Part shown: positions 1-9,590 of the stretch, piece by piece
Layout of the letters: each line of letters opens with the position of its first letter
How positions within the stretch are numbered: the first letter of the stretch is position 1
DNA from: Methanotrichaceae archaeon
Lineage (GTDB): Archaea; Halobacteriota; Methanosarcinia; Methanotrichales; Methanotrichaceae
Assembly (NCBI GenBank): GCA_963813075.1
Contig: CAWEXU010000004.1
Location: 256,001-320,000 of the forward strand
DNA length: 64,000 nucleotides
Direction of reading: 5' to 3'
Notes under the pieces: model-generated
Databases searched by the model: none
What the model saw: the letters and a program-made list of their open reading frames with translations, nothing else
Told to the model about the DNA's origin: nothing
Translations under genes and position numbers: made by a program

Positions 1-372
1 CTTCACCCAGTAGTCCTTGATGGCGGCATGCAGGGCATCTGCTCCCAGGTTTGAGCAGTGCATCTTCTGGGGCGGCAGTCCCCCCAACTCCTGGGCCACA
101 TCATTGCGGCTTATCTTGATCGCCTCATCCAGGCTCTTATCCTTCGCCATCTCAGTTATCATGCTGCTCACTGCTATGGCTGAGCCGCAGCCGAATGTCC
201 TGAATTTGATATCAGCTATCCGGTCGTCCTTGACATTGATGAATATCTCCATGAGGTCTCCGCAAACGGGATTTCCCACTTTTCCATAGCCGTCCGGATT
301 CTCTATCACCCCCACATTACGAGGGTTCATGAAGTGGTCCATCACCGTCTCATTGTAGCCTATCTGTGCCAT
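1..372 (-). CDS. iscU: Fe-S cluster scaffold IscU/NifU-N (3' end runs off the window)
   Basis: Manual translation MAQIGYNETVMDHFMNPRNVG...GNPVCGDLM...FGCGSAIA...LPPQKMHCS has the three conserved Cys; not in the ORF track. Confidence 0.93.
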   Translation of the reverse strand, partial: MAQIGYNETVMDHFMNPRNVGVIENPDGYGKVGNPVCGDLMEIFINVKDDRIADIKFRTFGCGSAIAVSSMITEMAKDKSLDEAIKISRNDVAQELGGLPPQKMHCSNLGADALHAAIKDYWVK

Positions 373-408
373 TTACATATCACCTTTTATCATAATGAGA
401 TTTATTTA

Positions 409-921
409 TTAAAATGACTGGACGATCATCCAGCCCAGGTAAGCGTTGATGATCATAAGAGCAATGGTCAGCCGCCCGGACCATCTATGAATTGCCCGCA
501 GCCTCATATCTCTCTTCTTGAGCTGGATGAATCCCATAATTGGAGTGAAAAGTACCATCATAGAGACCAATATGCCGATATAGGCATGCGGTCCTGCGGG
601 GGGAGCGAAGCCCGAACTGGCGGTGACCATATAGACAGCCACCATGATCCCGGATATCGTTAATGCCGACCCGGTGATCCCCAGGGTCTTATGGGCCTTC
701 AGCCACCATCTCCTCCCTTTCATATACCTCGCACAGATCATTCCTGCGGATAGGAGGAGGAGGCCGGAGGATACCAGGAAGGCATGGAAAGGATACAGCA
801 GCATAATCTTATCGGTGAACACTTCCGCCCCGCTGGCCGGGGAGAGAAATAGCAGGGCTGCAGTCACAGTCAATGCATCTGCCAGCCTCAGCTTCCCGGT
901 ATGGATGGCTTTTCCGTACAT
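409..921 (-). CDS. Cytochrome b561-like membrane protein
   Basis: 4-5 TM segments with spaced His (FHA, AHKTLG, PHAYIG, IHRWSGR) typical of b561 heme ligands. Confidence 0.7.
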   Translation of the reverse strand: MYGKAIHTGKLRLADALTVTAALLFLSPASGAEVFTDKIMLLYPFHAFLVSSGLLLLSAGMICARYMKGRRWWLKAHKTLGITGSALTISGIMVAVYMVTASSGFAPPAGPHAYIGILVSMMVLFTPIMGFIQLKKRDMRLRAIHRWSGRLTIALMIINAYLGWMIVQSF

Positions 922-1122
922 GGTGGCCTCTATTTCAGATATGCTACATAAAATATCTCATTGCTCGGGGATGATTTAAGCAAGAGCTTATGAGGCAGCG
1001 GCCATGCGAGGGGCTTTATACAATCAAAGACAAATATAGGTCCAGAATTAAGGAAAAACGCATTGCTAAAAATAAATAACTGTATTAATATAATTTATAA
1101 TATATCATATATGGAGGATCTG

Positions 1123-2802
1123 ATGGAAGACTTCTCTATTCTCATCGGAGGAATTGCCGGTGACGGCATAAACGAGGCGGGGCTGACCGCCGCCCGGCTC
1201 ATGAGCCGCCTGGGCTATCGCATATTCATGTACTACGACTATCCCTCTCTGATCAGAGGGGGGCACAACTTCTCCATCGTCCGGGCCTCCTCTCAGAGGA
1301 TCGGGGTCTCGAGGGATGAGGTGGACCTGCTCATTGCCCTCAATCAGGATACTATTGATAGGCATGCCGATCGCCTCAAGGAGGGCTCGATTATCATCTA
1401 TGATGCAGATAAGGTGAAGGGAAAGGTCCCGGCAGAGAAGAGCTGCGCCATTCCCGTCACTGAGATTCTGAAGGAAGAGGGAGCCATGCCGGTGATGAAG
1501 AACAGTTGCATTCTGGGGGCCTTCTGCCGCACCACGGGCATCGCCTGGCCGGTGATAGAAGAGGTCTTGAGAAAGCATATTCCAAAGAAGATCGATCTGA
1601 ACCTGAGGGTCGCCCGCCGGGGATACGATGCCGCCAGCGAGTTCTGCCAGATCGATAAGCTTGAGAGCAGCCCTGAGCCGATCATCTCCGGCAACCAGGC
1701 CATCAGCCTGGGCCTGATCCGGGCGGGACTGAGTGCCTATGTGGCCTATCCCATGACCCCCTCCTCCTCCATCTTGGACAGCATGGCCCAGTGGTCAGAG
1801 GAGTTCGGCCTGAAGGTGGTCCATCCGGAGAGCGAGATCGCTGTGATCCTGATGGCAGAGGGATTCGCCTATGCCGGAGTCCGGGCAGCAGTAGGCACAT
1901 CTGGGGGAGGGTTCTGTCTCATGACCGAGGCCCTCAGCCTGGCGGGGATGGCGGAGATCCCCCTGGCCATCGTCATGGCCCAGAGGACCGGGCCCTCCAC
2001 CGGCCTTCCCACTTACACCGCTCAGGGCGACCTGCATTTTGTGATCAATGCCGGCCAGGGGGAGTTTCCCCGGTTGGTGGTCGCGCCAGGGGACGCAGAA
2101 GATGCCTATATCTGGTCCGCCGCTGCCCTGAACCTGGCCTGGAAATATCAGATTCCCGCATTCATACTCTCGGACAAGATCGTCAGCGAGAGCCAGTATA
2201 GCTTCGATCTGGGGCAGGCAGAAAAGGCAGAACTCCTCAATCCGCCATTGCTCTGGGATGGGCAGGGTGGGTATCATCGCTACCGGCTGTCTGACAACGG
2301 CATCTCTCCTCTGGCCTATCCCCCTCAGAAGGGGCAGGTGATAAAGGCGGACAGCTATGTGCATGATGCTGCAGGCATAACCACTGAGGACGCTCAGATA
2401 ACCAGGGAGATGAGCGAGAAAAGAATGCATAAAGCTCAATCCCTGGCCAGAGAGCTGGAGGGTTATGAGACGGTGAAGGTCTTAGGAGACCGTAATGGCA
2501 AGACCTGCCTTCTCTGCTGGGGCTCGAACAAGGGAGTATGCCGGGAGGTGGCAGAAAGTCAAGCCAATCGCGGGATAAGAGTGGTTCAGGTGCTGGTCCT
2601 CTGGCCGTTCCCCGAGCAGAGGCTGAAAGAAGCCCTCCGGGGCGTGGATAGGTTGATTGATGTGGAATGCAATGTCACCGGCCAGCTGGCAACTTTATGC
2701 CGCCAGTATGGCATCAATGTCGATGAGATGATCCTGAAGTACGATGGAAGGCCATTTTCTCTGAACGATCTTTCCATTGAGCTGGAAAGGAGGGGAGCAT
2801 GA
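1123..2802 (+). CDS. 2-oxoacid:ferredoxin oxidoreductase alpha subunit (gamma-alpha fusion)
   Basis: GGIAGDG, YPSLIRGGH, YPMTPSS, TSGGGF, QRTGPSTGLPT motifs; GGAGGA upstream of ATG 1123. Confidence 0.93.
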   Translation: MEDFSILIGGIAGDGINEAGLTAARLMSRLGYRIFMYYDYPSLIRGGHNFSIVRASSQRIGVSRDEVDLLIALNQDTIDRHADRLKEGSIIIYDADKVKGKVPAEKSCAIPVTEILKEEGAMPVMKNSCILGAFCRTTGIAWPVIEEVLRKHIPKKIDLNLRVARRGYDAASEFCQIDKLESSPEPIISGNQAISLGLIRAGLSAYVAYPMTPSSSILDSMAQWSEEFGLKVVHPESEIAVILMAEGFAYAGVRAAVGTSGGGFCLMTEALSLAGMAEIPLAIVMAQRTGPSTGLPTYTAQGDLHFVINAGQGEFPRLVVAPGDAEDAYIWSAAALNLAWKYQIPAFILSDKIVSESQYSFDLGQAEKAELLNPPLLWDGQGGYHRYRLSDNGISPLAYPPQKGQVIKADSYVHDAAGITTEDAQITREMSEKRMHKAQSLARELEGYETVKVLGDRNGKTCLLCWGSNKGVCREVAESQANRGIRVVQVLVLWPFPEQRLKEALRGVDRLIDVECNVTGQLATLCRQYGINVDEMILKYDGRPFSLNDLSIELERRGA

Positions 2803-3653
2803 AACCTCAGGAGCTATCCACCACTGCCCGCAACACCTGGTGTCCGGGCTGCGGGAACTTCTCCATCCTCAGCGCAATGAAAGCCGTCCTCGCCCGGATG
2901 GACGGGGAAGGCTACCCCATAGAGAACACCGTCCTGGTCTCGGGCATCGGCTGCCACGGCAAGATCGTGGACTACCTGAATGTGAACAGCTTTTATTCCA
3001 TCCACGGCCGGACCATTCCCGTTGCTACAGGCATAAAGCTGGCCAACCCGGATCTGAATGTGATCTGCTTCTCGGGAGACGGCGACAGCCTGGCTGAGGG
3101 CCTGGACCATCTGATCTTCGCCGCCAAGAGGAATGTCGACATAACCCTGATTTTGCATGACAACCGGGTCTACGGCCTGACCACCGGCCAGTACACCCCC
3201 ACCTCACCATACGGTTTCCGGGGCAAGTCCACGCCCGCGGGATCCATCGAGCAGCCCCTGAACCCCCTGGAACTGATGCTATCATCCGGTGCCACATTCC
3301 TCGCCCGGGGATACACTCATGGGATCGAACTGCTTCAGACCCTCTTTCAGGAGGCGATTATGCATAAAGGCTTCTCAATAGTGGATGTCCTCCAGGTCTG
3401 TGTCTCTTACTTCAATATGTATGAGAGCTACAATAAGAGAACCTATACAGTTGAGGGAAACGATACCGGAAGCTTTGAGCAGGCCCAGAAGATCATACGC
3501 AGCTGGAGATATGACGACTCCGAGGCACCCATTCCCCTGGGCAAGTTCTATCAGGTCAATCTTCCTCGATTTGATCAGGCTTACAGTCAGATCAATCCGG
3601 AGCTTTCGGGCAGAGAGGATAAGATCAAAACCAAGCTGGAAAGTTTCATCTAG
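2799..3653 (+). CDS. 2-oxoacid:ferredoxin oxidoreductase beta (TPP-binding) subunit
   Basis: WCPGCGN, SGIGC, GDGD...[15 protein letters not shown] overlap with alpha. Confidence 0.93.
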   Translation: MKPQELSTTARNTWCPGCGNFSILSAMKAVLARMDGEGYPIENTVLVSGIGCHGKIVDYLNVNSFYSIHGRTIPVATGIKLANPDLNVICFSGDGDSLAEGLDHLIFAAKRNVDITLILHDNRVYGLTTGQYTPTSPYGFRGKSTPAGSIEQPLNPLELMLSSGATFLARGYTHGIELLQTLFQEAIMHKGFSIVDVLQVCVSYFNMYESYNKRTYTVEGNDTGSFEQAQKIIRSWRYDDSEAPIPLGKFYQVNLPRFDQAYSQINPELSGREDKIKTKLESFI

Positions 3654-3688
3654 CTAAAGGGCACAAAGCAAATGTGGGTGAAAAGGAA

Positions 3689-3850
3689 ATGGACAAATAT
3701 GTATGCACTGTCTGCGGGTACATCTACGATCCAGAGAAAGGAGATTCAGCCTCAGGCATAGCTGCAGGTACGGCATTCGAGGACCTGCCCGATGACTGGA
3801 CCTGCCCGGAGTGCGGCGTGGGAAAAGAATTGTTCAATAAGGTGGAGTAG
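3689..3850 (+). CDS. Rubredoxin (53 aa)
   Basis: [19 protein letters not shown]...[20 protein letters not shown]; below the ORF-track cutoff. Confidence 0.95.
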   Translation: MDKYVCTVCGYIYDPEKGDSASGIAAGTAFEDLPDDWTCPECGVGKELFNKVE

Positions 3851-3894
3851 ATTCGGGAAATCAGCGAGTTAAAGCTGCTTATGAGGATCGATCT

Positions 3895-4422
3895 ATGCTC
3901 AGCGAAAGGATGAATGAGGCCCTGAATGTCCAGGCAAATAGAGAGCTATACTCCTCATATCTGTATCTCTCCATGTCCTACTACTTTCAGTCAGCCGGCT
4001 TTAAGGGTTTTTCCAGCTGGATGAGAGTTCAGGCAGGAGAAGAGCTGGTCCACACCATGAAATTGCTGGACTATGTGGCTGCCTCCGGCGGAAAGGCGAA
4101 GATGCTCGCCGTGGAGGCACCACAGCAGAGATGGGAGTCGACCCCGCAGGCATTCCAGCATGTCTGGGACCATGAGAGGGCGGTGACCAGGATGATTCAT
4201 GACCTGGTTGCAGTGGCCGAGAGCGAATCGGACACATCGACGAGGAAATTTTTGCAGTGGTATGTGGACGAGCAGGTGGAAGAGGAAGAATCCTCAGACG
4301 GCGTCCTGAAAAAGGTGCTGGCTGCCGGAAGCGATCCTGAAGCCCTCCGGGCAGCGGATGAGGAAATCGGCAGGAGGGGCTTCAAGTTCCCTCGCGGATT
4401 CCAGATGTTTCCCCCGGCCTGA
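3895..4422 (+). CDS. ftn: Ferritin
   Basis: ELYSSYLY, EELVH, HERAVT, FLQWYVDEQVEEE ferroxidase motifs. Confidence 0.93.
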   Translation: MLSERMNEALNVQANRELYSSYLYLSMSYYFQSAGFKGFSSWMRVQAGEELVHTMKLLDYVAASGGKAKMLAVEAPQQRWESTPQAFQHVWDHERAVTRMIHDLVAVAESESDTSTRKFLQWYVDEQVEEEESSDGVLKKVLAAGSDPEALRAADEEIGRRGFKFPRGFQMFPPA

Positions 4423-4455
4423 TTCTGCCGCGGCATAAGGGCAAATGGTAGAAGG

Positions 4456-4473
4456 GAGGGCCCTTGAGCCCTC
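4456..4473. terminator. Short hairpin between convergent genes
   Basis: GAGGGC-ccttga-GCCCTC with T-tracts downstream. Confidence 0.35.
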
Positions 4474-4506
4474 TAATCACAATTTTAAACGAACTTTTTT
4501 TGCCGC

Positions 4507-4974
4507 TTACATAAGCTCGGGGTGATTCATGGGGTCGACGACGTGCCAGGTGTCGCCTTCCAGGCCCTCACCACGAACGTCGCCTGCGCTGCTGTCGCCG
4601 GAGTAAAGGTACAGTGGCCAGTCCTTGAAAGTCGTCTGTTTTGATCCGTCCTCTCTCTTTATGCTGTCGAAGTTGATGAAGTTGAGGCTTTCAGGCAGGA
4701 TCGGATCCTCCACATAAAATGGCTGCCAGGTGGCGGCACATTCATCATTGCAGGTGCTCATTCCCAGGGATTCGCTATCATTTAAGTGGTAGTATAGAGT
4801 AAAACCGGTCTCGTTTACCAGATAGCTCCCCAGAAATTTATCCTCGGAGATATTCACGCTATAGTTCTTATTGTTCTCATCCTCTGCCAGGGCATTGATG
4901 AAAAGAAGAGATATGCACATCAGCATAAATGCAACCATTCGGCTTTTTGACATGTGTTTCACCTTCAAGCGCAA
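4507..4974 (-). CDS. Secreted protein with Y-x4-D repeats (COG4315-like)
   Basis: Signal peptide; GFTLYYHLND, C..C...WQPF, WPLYLYSGD...GEG...WH. Confidence 0.8.
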   Translation of the reverse strand: MRLKVKHMSKSRMVAFMLMCISLLFINALAEDENNKNYSVNISEDKFLGSYLVNETGFTLYYHLNDSESLGMSTCNDECAATWQPFYVEDPILPESLNFINFDSIKREDGSKQTTFKDWPLYLYSGDSSAGDVRGEGLEGDTWHVVDPMNHPELM

Positions 4975-5046
4975 TATTCATTCTGATAATAAAGCTTGCC
5001 CGTGCGAAAGAAAGGTCTATAAAACCCGGGTCACCCCTAACGAGAA

Positions 5047-6402
5047 ATGAACGGATTTTCCTTTGAGGTACTGGACCGGGATCCAGAGAGCAATGCTCGG
5101 GCAGGGCTGATAAAAACCCGCCGGGGCGATATCCAGACCCCCTATCTGGTGCCTGTGGCCACATTGGGCAGCGTGCGCGCTCTGAACTCAGATGACCTTG
5201 CATCTCTTGGGGTCTCCTGTGCCCTGGCCAACACCTATCACCTTCACCTCAAGCCGGGGGACGAGCTGATCGGTGGTCTGGGGGGGCTGCATAAGTTCAT
5301 GGGATTCTCTGGACCCCTCTTCACCGACTCGGGCGGCTTCCAGGCTTTTTCCCTTGGCTTTGGCAGAGAGCATAATATCGCCAAGATCGGCAACATCTTC
5401 CCTCAAGAGCTTTCCTCCTTTCCAGGAGATGAAGACTGCCGGCAAGGCGGCAATAATCCGTGCGAAAAAGAGCCAGAAAACGAGATTTATAGACTGAACT
5501 ACAGAAACAGCTACGGAGGAAAGGCAGCCAGGGGTAATGACGACTCTTATAAGGCCAGCGGAAAGGGGCAGAAGAGTGCCAGGAAGGAGAACCTGACGAA
5601 GATCACAGACGAGGGCATCTCTTTCAAGTCCATGGCCGACGGGGCCTGGCATTTCCTGGATGCTGAAAGGTCGATGAGAATCCAGTCCAACCTGGGCTCG
5701 GATATCATCATGGCCTTTGACGAGTGCACCTCACCTCTGTCAGACTACGACTACACCAAAAAAGCGATGTACAGGACTCACGACTGGGCGTCGGAGTCCA
5801 TCCGCCATCATGACAGGAGCCAGGCCATCTACGGCATCATCCAGGGAGGATGGTTTGAGGACCTGAGGCGCATCAGCACCGACTTCGTCGTCTCCCAGCC
5901 TTTTGACGGCATAGCCATCGGCGGATCTCTGGGGAACAGCAAGCAGGATATGCATCAGGTCCTGGACTGGACAATTCATAAGCTGGACGACCGGCCGAGG
6001 CACCTATTGGGGATAGGGGAGATAGATGACATCTTCGAATGCGTGGCCAGGGGAATTGATACCTTCGACTGCGTCTCACCCACCAGGATCGCCCGCAGGG
6101 GAAGTCTCCTCCTATCGCCCCAGTCCGGCGGATCATTGAAAAACAAGTTCCACCTGAACATAAAGTCCGCAAGGTTCAAAGATGACGGCCTGCCCATTGA
6201 CCCGGTCTGCTCCTGCCCGACCTGCCGTACCTATTCCCGGGCCTATCTCCGCCATCTTTACATTGCGGGAGAGCTCTCGTACTTCCGCCTGGCGACGCTG
6301 CATAACCTCCATTTCATGCTCCGCCTGATGGAAGAGATAAGGGAGAGCATAAGAAGTGGCGGCTTTTGGGAGCTTAAGGACAGATGGCTGAAAGGGATTT
6401 AG
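5047..6402 (+). CDS. tgt: Bacterial-type queuine/preQ1 tRNA-guanine(34) transglycosylase
   Basis: LANTYHL, TDSGGFQ, AFDEC, GIIQGG, HLLGIG, DTFDCVSPTR, zinc site CSCPTC...HN; no PUA domain. Confidence 0.93.
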   Translation: MNGFSFEVLDRDPESNARAGLIKTRRGDIQTPYLVPVATLGSVRALNSDDLASLGVSCALANTYHLHLKPGDELIGGLGGLHKFMGFSGPLFTDSGGFQAFSLGFGREHNIAKIGNIFPQELSSFPGDEDCRQGGNNPCEKEPENEIYRLNYRNSYGGKAARGNDDSYKASGKGQKSARKENLTKITDEGISFKSMADGAWHFLDAERSMRIQSNLGSDIIMAFDECTSPLSDYDYTKKAMYRTHDWASESIRHHDRSQAIYGIIQGGWFEDLRRISTDFVVSQPFDGIAIGGSLGNSKQDMHQVLDWTIHKLDDRPRHLLGIGEIDDIFECVARGIDTFDCVSPTRIARRGSLLLSPQSGGSLKNKFHLNIKSARFKDDGLPIDPVCSCPTCRTYSRAYLRHLYIAGELSYFRLATLHNLHFMLRLMEEIRESIRSGGFWELKDRWLKGI

Positions 6403-7127
6403 CGGCAGATATTCCGGGGCAGAAGGGATCTACATTCGCAGGAGGACGGCTGAGGATCGACAAAACCCAGGCCACCATAATCCTCTGCGGCCTGTACCTC
6501 TTCTATTCCCTGGCCGGAAACATCGCTGCCACCAAGGTCACGTCCTTCGGCAGCCTGGTCATGGATGCCGGCTTCATCTATTCTCTGACCTTCACCTGGA
6601 GAGACCTGATCCACAAGCAGTTGGGGGAGAAGGCGGCCCTCACCACCATCTGGCTGGCGGCGGGCTTGAATCTGCTTGTTGCCATCTATTTTCAGTTTGT
6701 GGTCCTCCTGCCCGCTCAGACGGACTGGGCAAATAGCGGCGGACAGGCGGCCTGGACATTTCTTTTCGGGATCCTGGACAGCACCGGCCAGGGCTGGCAG
6801 TCGGTCTTTTCCCTGCAGATGAGAATCGTTCTCGCCTCCATTCTCACCGCTCTCCTGGCGGAGCTGATCGACACCAGAGTCTACCGCATCTGGACCCGGG
6901 GGAGACGCAAAAACTGGCCCCAGTGGACGCGAGTCTTCGCCTCCAATGCCGTATCCATTCCCTTAGACAGCCTCCTCTTTCCGGTGATCGCCTTTATGGG
7001 AATCGTGGGGGCAGAGGGGCTGGTGCAGATGATCTGGACCAATATACTGGTCAAGGCAGCGATCACCCTCCTGTTCTTCTGGACGATCTACCTGGTACCA
7101 GAGAAGCCGATCTACCTGGATCGCTGA
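6384..7127 (+). CDS. yhhQ: Queuosine-precursor transporter, VUT/YhhQ family
   Basis: NIAATK, AGFIYSLTFTWRDLI, RIVLAS, RVFASNAVSIPLDSLLF; multiple TM segments; overlaps the tgt stop. Confidence 0.88.
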   Translation: MAERDLAADIPGQKGSTFAGGRLRIDKTQATIILCGLYLFYSLAGNIAATKVTSFGSLVMDAGFIYSLTFTWRDLIHKQLGEKAALTTIWLAAGLNLLVAIYFQFVVLLPAQTDWANSGGQAAWTFLFGILDSTGQGWQSVFSLQMRIVLASILTALLAELIDTRVYRIWTRGRRKNWPQWTRVFASNAVSIPLDSLLFPVIAFMGIVGAEGLVQMIWTNILVKAAITLLFFWTIYLVPEKPIYLDR

Positions 7128-7166
7128 ATGCCGGCTCGAAGAGAGGGGGGCAGAGAAAAAAGGATT

Positions 7167-7970
7167 TCAAAACTCGAAGATCACCTCATCCTGGTCAAGG
7201 ATTGTCCCTCTTTCATCGGTTACGCTTGCCTCTATGGTATAGGTCCCTGGAGTAAGCTCAGACTCATTGTCTATTGGCACACTGAAAAACCATTTGCCAT
7301 CCGGCAGCAGTGCGCTGCCACTCTGCTGGGATGCCGATCCAACCGTCTCCCCTTCTTGAGTCCTTAAAGCCAAATTCACCATGGGCTTGAAATGGTAGTT
7401 GCCGGTGTTCTCAAACCTGAGGTTAACCATTGCGTCATCACCAGACTTTGACGCCTTCAGATCGCTGATCACCCCGGTCGTTACGATCTCGCTGCCTGAG
7501 ATCCGGAGCAGGACAGGAACCTGGATCGCTGTCAAGATCCTGACATTCTTATTTCCCTCCACCGGATTTAAAGTCTTCAATATAACCAGAGCATACCTGC
7601 CACCCGATCCCGCATCCGCAGGAATATCCGCCACCACCAGAAACTTCTTTGATTCGCCCGGTTGAATCTCGAGTTCATTCGGAGTCACTGTCAAATACTC
7701 TCTGGCAGAATACGGTCCAGTATCCTCTTTTGGCCCTATCTGGATATTCGAGCCATTCTCGTTCATGGAATATCCATATACCTCTGCGTTAATATTAAGC
7801 GGAAAAGCATCTTTTTCAAGTGATACGACAATCTCATGGCCGGTCTCCTGGCCGGGCAATACATCATCCTCGAAGATCGCCCCGCTTACCTTGACGCCGG
7901 AACAAGGCGCAAGAAAAAGCGATAAAGCCAGGAGCGAGAGTATGGCCAATTCTGCTTTAACTAGCCTCAT
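7167..7970 (-). CDS. Secreted two-Ig-like-domain protein (DUF916/chaperone-like)
   Basis: Signal peptide; IQPGESK, GGRYALV, FENTGNYHFKP, GTYTIEASV. Confidence 0.55.
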   Translation of the reverse strand: MRLVKAELAILSLLALSLFLAPCSGVKVSGAIFEDDVLPGQETGHEIVVSLEKDAFPLNINAEVYGYSMNENGSNIQIGPKEDTGPYSAREYLTVTPNELEIQPGESKKFLVVADIPADAGSGGRYALVILKTLNPVEGNKNVRILTAIQVPVLLRISGSEIVTTGVISDLKASKSGDDAMVNLRFENTGNYHFKPMVNLALRTQEGETVGSASQQSGSALLPDGKWFFSVPIDNESELTPGTYTIEASVTDERGTILDQDEVIFEF

Positions 7971-8016
7971 ATGTTCATCTCCTATTTTGTAAAAAAAAAA
8001 TAAATTTCAATATGGA

Positions 8017-8529
8017 TCAGCGCGGAGAAATCGTATAGGTTAGCATGATATAGTAATCTCCATCCTTTTCATTTCCGGCTACCTGCTGTGAATACGGGAC
8101 CACCACCGGTTCAGACGAAGCTGGCGCCTTGCCCAGAGGTTCTATCATAACCGGCCCGGAGCTGAGATCACCTATGCCCTCGACGACAAAGGGATTCGTC
8201 AATTTTTTAAATCCTTTTGCGTCATCATCACCACCAGACCTAATCGGTCCGTCATTCATATAGCCTTTGAAAGGAAGAAGAGAACTCTCATCCTCAACCG
8301 ACAGTTTCCAATCAGCATTAGCAGTGACATATATTATATCTTGACACTCTGCGGTATCACCTCTTACCAGTTGCAGGCCATCGCACCCTGATTCTATTGA
8401 TATTTCCAGCTCCACCGGGGCGACACTACCATCGGGAGTGCTCCAGGCATTGTAATCAGCAGCTGCAATTCCAATCAGACAAGCGGCAGCGAAAATAGCC
8501 ACTATCCCTAAACAACCGACTTTGCTCAT
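8017..8529 (-). CDS. Secreted WxL/fimbrial-subunit-like protein
   Basis: Signal peptide; ANADWKLSV and C-terminal GDYYIMLTYTIS. Confidence 0.5.
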   Translation of the reverse strand: MSKVGCLGIVAIFAAACLIGIAAADYNAWSTPDGSVAPVELEISIESGCDGLQLVRGDTAECQDIIYVTANADWKLSVEDESSLLPFKGYMNDGPIRSGGDDDAKGFKKLTNPFVVEGIGDLSSGPVMIEPLGKAPASSEPVVVPYSQQVAGNEKDGDYYIMLTYTISPR

Positions 8530-9055
8530 TTACAAACCCACCTTTATTGTAACATATACGTTGTTTTGTTAATTAAGATATAAAAACATTTCTCTTTTTT
8601 TTAATTAGTTTCTCAGGTCTAGTTCGGCTCATCTGATCCAAATTGCCTGTTGTATCCTTCGAATGTCATTCAATTCATTAATTTTAAAACAGAAAAATTG
8701 CTAATTAAAACTTTTTACAGACTTTAATATGAGGGGGCGCAAAAAATCCACAATACCAATTTTATCAAAAATTCAAAAAATATATTTATTATGTTTATTT
8801 ATTACGACTTTTGGATCGACATCGGTGATCAATGCTCATCTTATATTGCACACACAAATTCTTTAAACAAAACGCGATCCACAAAGGAGATGAGTGTACA
8901 GCCCTGACTGATGAATTAGATGCAGTACTCAAGTTACCAAAAACCGTTTGAACCGAAGGATTATCTTCATGCTGCCGTAGGCAGAGTTGCACCTAATAGT
9001 CAGATGCAATCGCCCTACAAAACTGGCAGACACCTATAGCAAGGAAGATTAGTCC

Positions 9056-9300
9056 ATGAACCGATCTAATTGCCTCATATATATCTCTGTGGGCCTGATT
9101 ATGGCGGCAATTTTCGCCTGCCCATCTCTTGCCGCACAGACGGATGATTCTAATGGATATCATGCCAGTGAAATTGACGGTATCTCAGATAGGACACGGA
9201 CAAAGATGGCGATCCAACATCATCACCGTGGAATCAGGGCCGAATAATTCCGATCAAAATCGTCGAGAAGGCTCTCCAATGGATCGCAGATAACTGAACC
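9056..9300 (+). pseudogene. Degraded exported protein, possibly the N-terminus of an ABC substrate-binding protein
   Basis: Good signal peptide, then an early stop; a shifted frame reads GRIIPIKIVEK. Confidence 0.3.
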
Positions 9301-9590
9301 GGCCCTTGGGAAGGATAAAGCTCGTTTCTATAGAACAGGTGGACTGGCCCAACTCATGCCGGGGGGTGTACGAAGAAGACATGGCTTGCCTATTGGTTAT
9401 CACTCCCGGATACAGGCGTGATATTAAGTGCGGGGGAGGAGGAGTACGGATCTACACACAAATTTGAATGCGAACATTATCTTCATGGCCCAGTAGGTAG
9501 ATTCAGCCGTAAGGTGGATTCGGCCCACTTCTTTTGCGGCTCGGCCCGATGGCTCTATTTAGCAAGTTCGAGGCAGAATCAGGAGAATAC

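Noticed and set aside
5395..5590. Intein in TGT
   Set aside because: Too short and lacks the Cys/Ser start and His-Asn end motifs
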